DNA of 58,741 nt, the filler included, from Platydemus manokwari (lineage: Eukaryota), in NCBI GenBank assembly GCA_037951405.1. It is 5 parts of 5 records of this genome, joined end to end, with 100 filler letters (N's around TTAATTAATTAA, not from the genome) between each part and the next. Parts side by side here need not be neighbours in the genome. Positions count along the whole stretch, not along the records: positions 1 to 15,483 come from JBBMOY011283650.1; 4 more parts are not named here. One strand, given 5' to 3'. The notes beneath the pieces were generated by a model that saw only the letters and a list, made by a program, of their open reading frames with translations, had not been told where the DNA came from and searched no databases. This document shows positions 1 through 12,982 of this stretch, one piece after another. The stretch's first letter is position 1; each line of letters opens with the position of its first letter. Both the position numbers and the translations under genes were made by a program.

Positions 1-1519
1 GTTGTTTCATATCGTGTCGAAAGATTCGATATTAAACAATCAATCCTTCGTTTATCTACTTACCGTTTTCATAGTTTTCATTCATTATACGGTTATCGTG
101 GATCTTCCTCTATGGTTAAGTGAGTCAACACTTCACCAGCTCCGTGTTCACACAATTATATCAATCAACTGTTAATTATTTATTGTACTTGTTTTCATTA
201 TTTAAATCATACGTTTCAGGTCATTTGTGTTATTGTTATTTATTATATATCCATTTGTATACAAATCGCAACCTACCTTACTTCAGACGAAACACAACAG
301 ATTGTTTGGAGTCTGATCTGTAAACACTAACGAGCAACTCTAAAAACCAACCTCACATCATCACTAATAACAAAAAGTAGTACTGCAAAAATTCAATAGC
401 TTTATCTAAAATAAAAGATGTCAGACGAAATTTTCAAGTCGCTGAGGTTTTATTAGGTCATTTAATCGACAGATCATTCTTCATTAATACTGATTTTCAT
501 CTGAATAGGATATGATATTCAAAATTAATCACTGTATTGGAGAATATCATTGGGTCAAAGATTCGGTAATTTCTGTGCAATCTGTATTGGCATGTTTGGA
601 TATTTGAACCGTATCTAAGCACATACTCACATAATGTCTCGAAGTAAAACTAAACAAAAGCCTTTAGACCTGAAATCCATTCAGCATATCCAAGTTCCAC
701 AATAAACAACTTATATTAACAACCTACTATCACACTGAAACTCTCGCAGTGAGCGAATTGACACTGATGACCATAATCACAAACATCACGTACTATTAAA
801 CATTAAATCCTGTTGAGAGAGAATTAATGATAACAAGCGTGACATAGAATCTAACATTTTATTCAATTAGCCTTTGATATTTAGTTGTGATGCTCAATTT
901 CAGATTGGTGTTAGTGAGTGTACACGAGTTTCACATAAAATTACGAATTTTAGCTTCTTACCTTACACACAAGTATGCATAAATAATAACCAACCGATTT
1001 AAGACATATTAGTGATTTCAATTTAGCAGAAAGCATGATTGTTCGTCAATACATGCATGAGGATTGACCAATCCCAATTATGATAATTAAATAGGCCCAA
1101 TTGTAATCGCAGAAATAGAACACCAAATAAATGTTTGTCACAAACGCATACAAACTCTGATTATCAATGATTCCGAAAAGATGGCATTTTGTCAGTTGAT
1201 TTTGGAGTCAATGTGCTGAATAGCTCTGAACTTTAAGAAATAAAAGTTACAAGTACTATCTCGTTTCTATATATATTTCAACATGCTGTTCTTAATACTT
1301 TCAATAATCGAGTATTGTACATAAGGAAAAAATTTGATTTTACATAATTTACATAAAAGAACAATCGAAAGAATAAGCTGATGTTAAACCTTACATTTAG
1401 ACTCGTATTGGGTTAGTGTGCAACAGCTTCGATAATCACATACGTAGACCTGTTACCGTTAATTTTATTATCCTTAATGAATGATGGTGATACCCCTCTA
1501 TTCCACAATAAATGTTATC

Positions 1520-2215
1520 ATAAAGTGATGGACAACAAAGCTATTATCTTATTAAATCGAAAGTAGTATTTATATCCAAATCTGTTATAAACAAACAGAT
1601 AATGCTTCCTTATTTGACGTGTGAGTTCCTGAACAAATAACAATGCGTTATTAATTGCCCAACAGTCCAAATCATTACGAAATAAGAGGGATCTTGACAA
1701 CACGTAGAAATTTATATAATAAGAATAATAGGAAAATTTTAAAAGCAATATTGCGCGGCACACCACCGATTATGTGAGTGGACGTTTTACCGACAGAAAG
1801 GGTAAGGAGAAAATGCAGAAGAGGTTTAACTTCATTGATTAAATATGACGTCGACCTGTAGTGTCTAAATTTGGCTTGTAACAATAATCCAGATGAAATT
1901 ATATTTCCCAATCGAATAAATTAGTTCATGAGAATAGTTTTACTGAGATAGGAAATTGTCCAAAGCTATAATCACTTAAGTTTGGCAAATAATTCAACTG
2001 TAGAGATGGGTGATGAATGTACTTTTGACACTATTAATCGATCGAATGTAATGGTTTTCTTGATATTTTAATCGATTTGTTTGTTGACCGTGTTCCATTG
2101 TCAGTACAATTTTTGGGTGAACTGATAATGAAGTGCAAAATTTTGTGCTGTCATTTTTGCGTAGGCGTTCTTTGCTTATTAATGCGTAAAATTCACTTTT
2201 AGGAGTGATCATTTA
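1520..2215 (-). mobile_element. Degenerate non-LTR (LINE) reverse transcriptase remnant
   Basis: Minus-strand frames give HIIGGVPRNIAFKIFLLFLLY (cf. LINE RT SGVPQGSxLGPLLFLLY), ELFAKLK (cf. KLLxKL) and RLRKNDST (cf. GFRKxxST), with many stops and frameshifts. Confidence 0.5.
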
Positions 2216-2261
2216 ATTTTCCGTATTTCTGATCATTTAATTTTCCGTATTTCTGATCATT
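2206..2261. repeat. 24-bp tandem duplication (x2.3)
   Basis: TGATCATTTAATTTTCCGTATTTC is repeated exactly at 2206-2229 and 2230-2253, with a partial copy at 2254-2261. Confidence 0.9.
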
Positions 2262-5200
2262 ATCATTTATTCACGATCGACTCCTTGATTAATACTTGTT
2301 GATTATTATAATAATTATTAAATAACGAATCTTTTGTTATTATTTAGTAATTTTTATCTCACAATTTCCATTTTTAGTTAAACACGGATAAAGATTAGAG
2401 GTAGACAATAAAATATATATCGGCCATTATAATAGATTTTTTCAATTACACCTCCAATATGCTACAGTGATCATTCAAATAGGGATTTTTGAGGATGATA
2501 ACAGTTGTTGTTCATTTGTCTATTTTGATGTTCGCTCTTGCGTGACGAATCGAGCTGTTGATCCGATTAAACAATGATGGAATTATTGGGAGATTGCTGG
2601 CATTGACATTGGATTGCGGATTCTTTTAAAATAATCTCTCTACAACCGAATTGGTCTTATTTCCTAATTTTTGAAAATGAACTGATCTCATTAAACGGGG
2701 CTTGATTGAATTTATGAAAATATTTTAAAATATTTAATGATCAAATTTTAAAATGGCATAATAAATAAATATTATTTAATTAAAATAACTTTTGGTGAGT
2801 AAAAATCCTTAATCAATGGATGGCAATCATAAGAGCTCAAAATTAACAAAATGAAGGGTTTGAACTATTAATAAACTAAATAAAACAGACGATTTCAGTT
2901 AGGTGGAATGAAAAAATAGTTGAAATATTCTAAAATATTCACAACTCACACTCGCGCTATTGATATAGGGAATCGAAATAATCATTATTAAGTACGGCAG
3001 GTGAATTTAGTAAATTAGAGAATAATTACGGAAACAAATAGAAATAAATTGAGAAAATCTCATCGAATTATCTCTCACAGAAAAAGAATAAATACGGAAG
3101 TTATTCTGTTGAGATTCCGAGCTAAAAAGCGAGAGAGAAAAGAATGACTGAATACATGAAAGGGATTTTTGTTGGAAGTAGTCATGATGAGCCTAATCTA
3201 GGACAATAAAGTTAAGGTGTTTCACAAGTTTCAATATTTCAAAATTTTATCTGAAGGAGAACTTGTGTTGCGAATTGTCAAATTCTTACAAACTATTGGA
3301 GATTGTTTTTTCTTGGCTTGTTGTTTATCATTTTATTCATTGGTTCTTGATATGATTCAATAATCTGGTGCGATGATGAAACTAACGAAAATTGCAACTG
3401 AAAAATCCAAGGCCTAAATGTGTGAGGGTCTACATGACAATAGACGGGTACTCGACGAGCATGATTGCTAATCTAAATGAGATGTCAACCTAATGTCAGT
3501 TTGTGGTATCGTTTTAAAAGTATGATATCTATTGACCAATAACAGGCTGGTTTGAATAAATAAGCTTCGTTTACAAAAAACGAAAAAGTTAACAATGAAA
3601 ATTATTTTAAAAAGTTGTTGGTAAATTGCACAGTGCGTCACACAAATGAGTTACTATAAATAACCACTCGACAGATAAGTAGACCCAGTGGACAAAGGAC
3701 AGATCAAATATTATTTGGTTAAGTGCGATGGTATATTAATCGATATTATGAGAAGAGGCGTTATTATTCGCGTTACAAACGTTAGGTTTCTCATAAAAAG
3801 ACAAAATACCCAAGGAACACATGGAAATAACCCTCGGAAGGTCTAAACGCACATATTCGATAAGTGCACGTGCCAATAGCCAATCACGTGCTTCATATAT
3901 ATCAGACCATATATTGCATTAGATAATCAACTGACGCATACCAACATCAAGCAACAAACATTGAGATTCCGTCTTGTATTGATTAATTGATTTACTGTTG
4001 GTAGTGTAATTTCGGACCAAGGATGACTGGTAAATTGGTTTTCAGTAAATCCTTTTGATCCTTAATTACAATTTTGGCATTTAGCGTTAGCAAATAATCA
4101 TAACACAAAGAAATTGATAATGATTATTATTGATCGTGCGTTTGTGGAAATTTTAAATTTATTTCTTGACATTGGGCTGTATAATACTGGAAATACGTTT
4201 TTTATAATAATTGATTTTGGGTTTGTTATTGTATTGTATTTGTATCGATAATCGAATAGAATCAATAATTGCACCGAGAGGGATGATCGATAGTTGAATG
4301 TAGTCGATGTATAATTGAGATCGACAGTATTATTAAAATATTGATTTAGGAGTTAGATGATTTGTGTTTTCAAAATATTCTATTTGTTTGTGTGTCGTTT
4401 GGATTGGGTTTGATCCTCAACACATTAAACTATTATCGACCCCTAATAATCCCGGTTATCTCGCATATGAACCAATGGTTTTATGTGCGTGAAATGTGAT
4501 ATTATAAACTCTGATGTGAAAGAATAAAAATATTTCTCAAATGGTTTAAATTAAATTAATCTAATTCGTAGGTTTCTGAATTGCAAATAAGAGATTAGGA
4601 ATACACAGAGACCCAACGAATGTATAATTCACACTGTTGGATATATCAGAACCTAAGGTACGAGAAGATAAATTTATTGATTCACAAAATGACACTCAAT
4701 ACTAAAATACATCTCAACACACATCTAAAATTGCCTTTCAACTGGCAGCAGGGCACACTTGTAGCATAATTCATAATCAGAAATTTGTATGCAATTTGTG
4801 TGCTAAACTTTGATTCGATGATCTGCTTTTCATGATTTCAATTGGATTAAATGATTTATCATGACAAGGATTGGTAAATCCTTATGTATATTTAGTAATG
4901 TATTTCCTGAAATTGAAATCTTTGCTCTATGATGCCTCGGATTGAGAAATGTAGATAAAGCAGATCATAAACTATTAACAATACAGTTACAAGGGTCGCA
5001 TTTTATGCGAATCATCCTAATTTAACTACATATTATTTGACACAATGACCATTTGGCAGCACAATAACGGGATTTGAGATGAGGTATTTCAATAATAAAT
5101 CAATAACTGTGTATGTCTAATGAAAGAAGGAATAAAATATAAAACAAAATAGAATCAAGATCAAGTCACAATGAGCACATTGTCATTGTATTCTTAACAC

Positions 5201-5399
5201 GATCGTTTCTAGCCAAGATTTATTCTTAGTAATTGATCGGTTTAGTCTCTTGAAAATACTGACTGCTTTTTGAAATTGAGAGTTGATATTGATTTTTACA
5301 AATCTCATATCGCTTATAATGTTGTCAATAGCCCGTCATTCTGCCAATATAGTAGTGAAAAAATGGTCTTTGATAGTATAAGTGGCTATGTTTAGGAAT

Positions 5400-6200
5400 A
5401 TTTGAAAATAATCGGTATTCCTGGTCACAATAACGAGATAAACAAGCATCCAGAAGTGCTGGCTGAAAATTTATTAAGTATCTACTAACGCCTAATATTC
5501 AAAAAATGTAATTATAGTCAATCTAAATCAGGGTCAGAGAACAAAGTCAATACACAATAGTCTAGCACCAGTAAGATAAAGCAGAAATAGAAGATTGGTC
5601 ATCAGAATGATCACACAAGAGAATAAGGCAGATAGAAAATTAACGACCATGACAGACTGGTGGTTTTTGACAAATTTTGGGTCTTTATATAATGTTCCTG
5701 GACACATCATTAAATTGATTCATCCATAGAAATTCGCTTTCGATATCGAGCTAGGCATTCCAAACGGTTTATGGTGTGCTTAAAGTCATCTATGTCAGGA
5801 GTGGCCAACCGGTCGATCTTGAAGCTAATTTTAGTCTATCGCGTGAGATGTCATTCAAATGAAAAGTCGATCTTACGTACACAAAAGTTGGCCACCTCTG
5901 ATCTATGTGATCATCATAACTCTCAAATTCTGTTAGTTGAATATAACCAAGACTCGATATTTGTTCAAGCTCGTTTTATGAGCCTTCAATTCGAAATCAG
6001 ATTGAAATTTTTAAATTCCCTTCATTCCGAAGGTATTTTTTGAGCCGCTGATTTATATTTAAAATACCTCAAAAAGCTTTTATTGTTCGGCTTGCAGTGC
6101 AGTTACCAAGTATTTGAGATACTTCCAACTTAATAGGCAGTAATTTCGATTAGACCAAGTGTCTTTTCACTTGGTCGGAATAAATTTCATATGATTTCAG
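5400..6200 (+). mobile_element. Degenerate Ty3/Gypsy pol (RT region) remnant
   Basis: Plus-strand fragments INKHPEVLAENL, DRKLTTMT, a frameshifted FDIxx..AFQRFM (cf. LPFGISSAPAIFQRFM) and FTWSE (cf. RT connection FxW). Interrupted by the hAT MITE at 5796-5900. Confidence 0.5.
5796..5900. mobile_element. 105-bp hAT (Charlie-like) MITE
   Basis: TIRs CAGGAGTGGCCAAC (5796-5809) and GTTGGCCACCTCTG (5887-5900), 12/14 match. Perfect 8-bp TSD ATCTATGT at 5788-5795 and 5901-5908. Confidence 0.85.
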
Positions 6201-7189
6201 TAATAAATGTATAACAAATCAACGAACTTTATTCATTTAACTAAACGATAAGATAACATTACTTTTATGTGGCAGAAGAGAATTTTAAAGACAACATACG
6301 GGATTGTTTACTATGTGCCAGAACAAGCCTTCACTTAGAATAAAGAAATTGGAGAGATATAATCAATCTAGACTATGGGATAGAGTAGACTATGTTTAAT
6401 TAATTATTTTTTTAAAAAGATTATTCCACACATGAATAATAAACTGTTCCACAATCGTTATTGTTTTTGTAGTAATGTAATATTAATTCTGTGATTAATT
6501 ATATAAATTGTATAACCCCTAAAAATCTTATGGGAAATCACTATCGGTGGGACAAAATGTATATTATATCTGACTACAAAATATGATATAACTTACTACA
6601 AAATCAAAATACACTGAAGTGTTCCATTTTGTTAACCAAAACAGTTCTTGTTTGTCAGATTGGAAACTTTCAACGATCGATAAAGATGATGAAATCAATA
6701 AATAACAAATTGAAAATAAAGACGATAAAACTTTATTGAATTAAAATAAAATAACAGATTTAATTGTATTCGGATATTCGGATCCTTAGATAACACTACC
6801 ACTGGTTTCACCTAACAACTGAGCACCAGCTAAATATGAATAGACAGTGGAGAGAATCAAATCTCAATTTATCTTGAAATTGACTTTAATTTTTAATTAA
6901 CTTTATTGATTTATTTGACTGCACACAGTCGCTTCAGCTGTGAATGAATTTCAAAACATAATTCAATTATAAATTTATCAGGAATAAAATTTTGATAATC
7001 GATGTGAAATGAAAAATTAATGTTGCTAGGATTTCTTAATGTGCAGTTCTGCTTATATTGGCAGATGATTTTGATGACAACAATCTTTATCATTCATTTT
7101 GATTGCAACATACATGCAATCATTGGCATAATTCAGCTATTGTTTACTGAAAACTGATTTGAAGCTTGAAATAATAAACTTTTTATGAA

Positions 7190-7760
7190 TGCACTCTGGA
7201 AAAGACTTTTATCAATATTCTCTAAACTTTCCAACAATATCTTGCTGATCGTCGATACCACTGCCACATAAGGTAATCAAGATTTTAATCTAGGTAATGT
7301 CACACACAGTTTTATAATTAACATGATTCGGTGCTATTTTTCGAATCATTTTTGGAATTATGAATGACATAAAAACAGATCGATGGTTCTACAATCGACG
7401 TCATAAACTTAAGACTTTAGTTAAAACGGTGAAAAATTAAGTAATTGCATTCGGACAGGGAGTCGAGGGATGGATGTATCTCTGACAATTTAGATTGGGA
7501 TTCTTTCACCATGAAAATATCTTTCATAAAATTAACCCAATAATCTTTTTCCCAAATCTTGTTAAAAACCAACAAGATTCAACGACAATTTCTGATATTA
7601 ATTAGAGCAAATGACGCCGTCGCATGTTGATAAAATAATCCCATCTAATTTAGTACAGGTATTCCATTCAGAATTTCAGTTGCTACAAGTGGATTTAAAT
7701 ATCTCGCAGTATGTGTGCAATCTCCAGATCACTGGACCAAGCTCGATAGATTAAGCTTGT
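7190..7760 (+). mobile_element. Degenerate non-LTR (RTE/LINE-like) RT remnant
   Basis: Frameshifted GVRDGCIS near 7458-7485 (cf. GVRQGCxLS) and SGFKYLAV near 7688-7712 (cf. FKYLG). Confidence 0.4.
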
Positions 7761-10379
7761 CTTATCAATTTTTTATCTAGTTGTTCGAATGAACCGGTCA
7801 ACGTGAATAACAAGTGACAAGTGATTACATAACAGGATATTTAATCTATTCGTATCAACACATACAATTACGAAACCCGTATCAAATCAAACCTAGTTAA
7901 ATCAAAATAACCTCGATCCATAATAAACTAATATCAAATAACTAAAAATAAATTAGAGCTATTTCCTCTAAATCATCCACACATCCAACTTCAATAACAA
8001 TTCCTGTTACCAAATCAAAAGTTTCAAATTCAGAATTTCACTCACTTTCACCAACCAAAATTAACTGCTACGAGAAGCCCTATCAGCAGACGAATACAAT
8101 TAGCTGTAAATAAACCAATATTTGGTTTTATGACTTTGATAAATATAATTTTATAACAAACATTGTATTATGATAATAATAGTGATAATGGTAATAATAA
8201 TGATAATAAAAATATTGGGTACATCACAAATCAATCAAAAGGGTCCCAAGAACCAAGGAAAGAATCCTAAAAAAGGTCAATACACACACCCGATAAACAC
8301 AACTGACATCAACCAATCAGATTCGTCCTAATATTTATCCAGATTTAGAAGCTAAGAATCGACAGGCACATACCTACTAACGTAGCAAGCTTATATATCC
8401 ACCAATGCCCGAGAGAGGAAAATCACAAGTAGATCGATCCATGAACATATTCAGCAAATGGAAAACAAAGATTCTTGAAATCAAGCAGACACACCCGATA
8501 GGTCTATAAAAGAGATCGGGTTCCATGAATAACTGCCCGTCTTTTTTGGTCGATAGCTTCAGTGCTTAGCTTATCTTTGTGAGATTTTTAGTAATCAGTC
8601 TTTTTGATTACTCTTCATTCTGTTTTTTTAATATTTTCGGGCACTGGTCCCGTCTTGAGTGATTTACTGTTGTAAATTGCGAGAGGATTTATTGTAGTTA
8701 TTGAGATTTTGACTGTGATATTTTGGTTAATAAAATTTTCAGACATAAATTGTTTATTGATACCCATCAACAATAATAATAATGAATAAATTACGATAAA
8801 TAACGTGATAAAAAAATAATAAGTATAAAAGTAAACAATAGAGAAATAACAATAAGAAAAACAAGCAATACAATAACAAATAAATGTTAGCTAATAGGTA
8901 ATAAAATTAATTAGAAGAAAAAATGGGGAAAATGGTAATAAGGACGAGATTAAACATGAGATAAACATGTGAAAGGATTACAACAAGAAAAATAAACAAT
9001 ACAGAATTTCAAGACAAATAAAAATATTAATCGATAATGGGCGTATGGAAACATATGTGAAAGTAAGAACACAAAGAAAGATAATTAAAATGGTCGAGAG
9101 GTAGGTGGTTCTTCAAAGAAGTATATAATATACCACAAAACAACATAAAACTCACTTAAAAACCCACTCAGAAATCAAAACAACCATTAGAAACATTTAT
9201 AGACAAGTCGAGCTGATCACAAGAAAAATATACGAAACAAAACTTCATAAAAAACTAAGATTTATTATAGATAAAGATAAAAAACAGTTTTCACGACAAG
9301 GCAGCACAAGTCTTCATGTCGACTTTTAAATTGAATAGTTAAGATCTTGATTCATATTTCTGATATTCTGATTCGATATTTCTTCAGTAGAAGTCTCCTT
9401 ATTTGCTTTGAAACATTGCATTATAGCTCTGTTATACAGTTGTTAATTTGGCTTGTCAGAGCTGGAGAGTTAGTCTTCGATTCCAACGGACATTATTTGG
9501 TTTCTCTTGGTCTGTATGAGCCTTATTAGGAATTCGTGGTTAAAAATTTTATTTTGTAATAATTAGAAAATTGTCCTCCATATCTGTCTTACATATTTCC
9601 TGCAAATCATTCTCGTGAAGTGATGAACAATTTAAATATGGCTGCTTATTGTCTCATCCACTCGAAAATAAATATTATTAAAATTTAGCAATTGATCGCT
9701 ACATAACGGCGCTAATCGCATATTATAGGAGATTAGAATAACTTAATGTTATCTTCTTGTCTAATATTATAACGACAATGTAACTGCCTAATGTTGTGAT
9801 AGCCAATTACAGTAAAATCCCAGATATAGAAATAGTTTAGGAACATACAAAATTAAATTTATGTTTCAGTAAATATCCTTCACCTATCAAATGAAAAACA
9901 GCGCATTTATCATCAAACTTGAAGTTTTTAGTAAACCTCAACGAAAGTCTATGAATCGGAGAACCAAGAAGTATTTTTACAAAGCATTTTTATTTATTTC
10001 ATTAAATTCAAAATTTTTATTTATTGACCAATTATAACCGAGTTGCAATAGTTTTAAAAGTTCTATTTATCAATAATCAATTTGTCAATCTAATTCTGAA
10101 AGATTAGAAATTAGAACAGAGTTAAAATCACTAATATTTATAATAGGGGATGTCTGAGAAATTCTTCTGATGCACCGAAAACATAAGTTACAGATTCGAA
10201 ATACAGCACCTTTAAAAAATGTCTTTTAAACCTTTGACAATGTAAAGTAATAAAATGACCAGCTATTCATTCCGATATAAAATTATAATATCAAATCAAA
10301 AACAAAATTCAAAAAAAGTAAATATCTGAAAAGTGATCCATCTTGACTCCAATCAAACAGACGGAAAATCCATCAAAAG

Positions 10380-10760
10380 GATTGAAATCATTCCAAAGAG
10401 CTTTTTAACTACATAGTCTGATTTTATTCATCCACTTGTAGAAATTGAAATTCTAAATGGAACTCCTGTGCGGTACAATTTTTGGATTATGCTAATAACA
10501 TTAAACGATATCACCTGATCTAAATAATGCCAAAAATTGTCACTGAATCTTGTTCGTTTTTAACGGGATGTATGAAAAGATTATTGAGTTAATTCTATTA
10601 GATATTTTCAAGGTGATAGAATCAAAACCTAAATCATTGGAGATTCATTAATCCATAGACATCCTGTTAGAAACATATTATGTTAACAATATCTACCGGA
10701 ATGCCAGTTCGTAAAGAAATTTATCAAACTCCATATCGTCTGAATACGGTCTTCTACAGA
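10380..10760 (+). mobile_element. Possible Ty3/Gypsy protease-to-RT linker remnant
   Basis: VEIEILNGTPVRYNFLDY (cf. INGxPVxFLLDTG) and GMPVRKEIYQTPYRL (cf. PIKQRPYRLPY), with stops in between. Confidence 0.35.
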
Positions 10761-11663
10761 TCATCCATGGTTTTAAGCTAGAACCATATCGTCGGTGTAC
10801 AACATCATTTTTTCGGAGCTTTCAATGCTATTTCATGCATTTATATTAGTTTAATGTATTTATTGATTTTCACCATTTTTTTTCTTTTTTGTATTTCTCT
10901 CTTTATTGTTTGTATGTTAAAATATTATTCTTTACTTATTTTGAATATTTTAATTATTTGTATTTTGAGATTTAATTCAATCAGTTTATTGATTATTTAT
11001 TATTATTATTTATTATTATAATAATAATAATAATTATTATTATTATTATTATTGGGTAATTATAAACAATAGATAAGACTTGACTCCAATTCGTAGGTGT
11101 ATTGATCAATACACGAATTATACAAAATCTCAGCCAAAGCTTGGTTTTCAACTGGCAGTTGCCAATCTTTATATCGATTTTTATATTCGCGGTCTGTGTG
11201 TATTTTTTGTGTCAAGTTGGAAAGTGGTCGAGTATCAACAAATTGAATCACAGGTACAACATAAATAATCACTTCTACCACACTGACGAATATGATGAAT
11301 TGAAGGATTTATTTTTATATTTGCTTGACTGAATCATTTATCGAGATATGTCTCATTACTTCAACGAGCTTATATTTGTCCACTTTCATGTTCTTTATAT
11401 TTCCTAAGAAAATGATTTTAATGAATACATCAATATTTTGGTAAAATCAGCCAAAAATCATGTTTGCATGACGAGATTAGTTAATATCATTTTTTCTATA
11501 TTTATAGAGATAATTAATTCATAATTCTCATAAATTTATAATGAATAATAACAATATATGGACTTGATGTTTTAAAAGTTTTTGTAAATTTCATTGTTAC
11601 GTTATGTAATTCAGACGAATTTTATTTTTCAGATAAATCAATAATAAAATAAATCAACTTAAG

Positions 11664-11916
11664 TTAAGAACAAGAAGTTCTCGCTACTTTTCAATAAATT
11701 CCAATTTCATCGACTTTGATCCGCTTTTCAAACAATTAATTTTTAGTCAATTTTAAGCACCAGTGTAATTAATATTTTATATAAAACAACTCAAATTCTT
11801 CTTATACATTTAAATAAAAAATTCAAAGTATTTTTAAAAAGTTAATTAAATAATCTATATCAATTTTTGCAAAATAATTCACAAATTTAAAATTTTATTT
11901 TAGAATCCCTTTTTAA
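11664..11916. mobile_element. TTAA-bounded MITE-like element, copy 1
   Basis: About 253 bp, collinear with 12223-12480 (shared CTCGCTA..TTTTCAATAAATT, CTTTGATCCG.TTTTCAAA, AAACAACT, TTTTGCAA). Bounded by TTAA, with imperfect inverted termini. Confidence 0.55.
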
Positions 11917-12222
11917 ATTTAATTCAATAAATCGTTACAGCATGTTTGTTTAAATAATATAAAATTAATTTAGAAACACTATCCAATATTTTAAAAATTA
12001 CAACTTGATAAAAAATAGGTTTAAGTTAAAAAAAAGGGGTTCGTTGACCTACTTTTGAAATAATGAATTTTCGTTCATGAAATATTTTTTTATGTAATTT
12101 ATTAGTATAATTCAGTTAATATCTTATTTTTTAGGATGCCTAACAGGAACAAAACATAGTTTCTAAACCAAGTTCCTATTGTAATTGTAAAAATTGAGAG
12201 TTCTCTCAATTTGTTTTTGTTG

Positions 12223-12480
12223 TTAAAAAAGGCGTCCTCGCTAATTTTCAATAAATTGAAATTGGACCCACTTTGATCCGTTTTTCAAATGATAAATTTT
12301 ACCAGATTGTAAAGATCTGGTGTATTTAATTTTTGATTTCAAACAACTAAGATTTTCTCTCTAATTATTTTAATAAAAAAAATTCAGAATGTTTTTAAAG
12401 AATTTCATTAAATAAATTATATAGATTTTTGCAATACACTCAACAAATTAAACATTTTATTGTAGGACCCCTTTGATTAA
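12223..12480. mobile_element. TTAA-bounded MITE-like element, copy 2 (Kolobok-like termini)
   Basis: Left end TTAAAAAAGGCGTCCT; reverse complement of the right end is TTAATCAAAGGGGTCCT. Diverged direct copy of 11664-11916. Confidence 0.55.
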
Positions 12481-12982
12481 GTTTTATCAAAAATTATTTT
12501 AAATCAGAGATTAAGAACATGTTAATACAAAAGTAAAATCTCGAGTTAACTTGTAACAACAAGATAGTTTATGACAAGATTATCTGTTAAACTGGATCCA
12601 ATATATAATTTAAAGTAATGCTAAAAATATTTTCTTATTTATTCGTGTATTTATTAGATTCCATTATCAATTTTTGATTCAAAAATTAGAATAAAGATCA
12701 AAATTCATTTTGGAATGAGAACGGATGTTTACTTCTCATGAAGATCCAGTGTCTCTGAATTTTCAAACCAATAGTGATAGTTAAAAATAAATTTTACAAA
12801 ACAGAAAAATCTAAATTTATATTGTTTTTTTAATATCGAATTTTATACAAGTGTTTTTAACATTTTAAAGATTACGTAATAAAATTTAAAAAATAATAAA
12901 ATTAAAACAAAAATTATTAGTTTAAATAATGACATTTTAAACAAAATAATTTTTTGATACACTTTGATATCAAGAATTATTG

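Noticed and set aside
760-800. CTGATGA as a hammerhead ribozyme core
   Set aside because: No properly placed GAAA or flanking stems; other CTGATGA hits also lack them.
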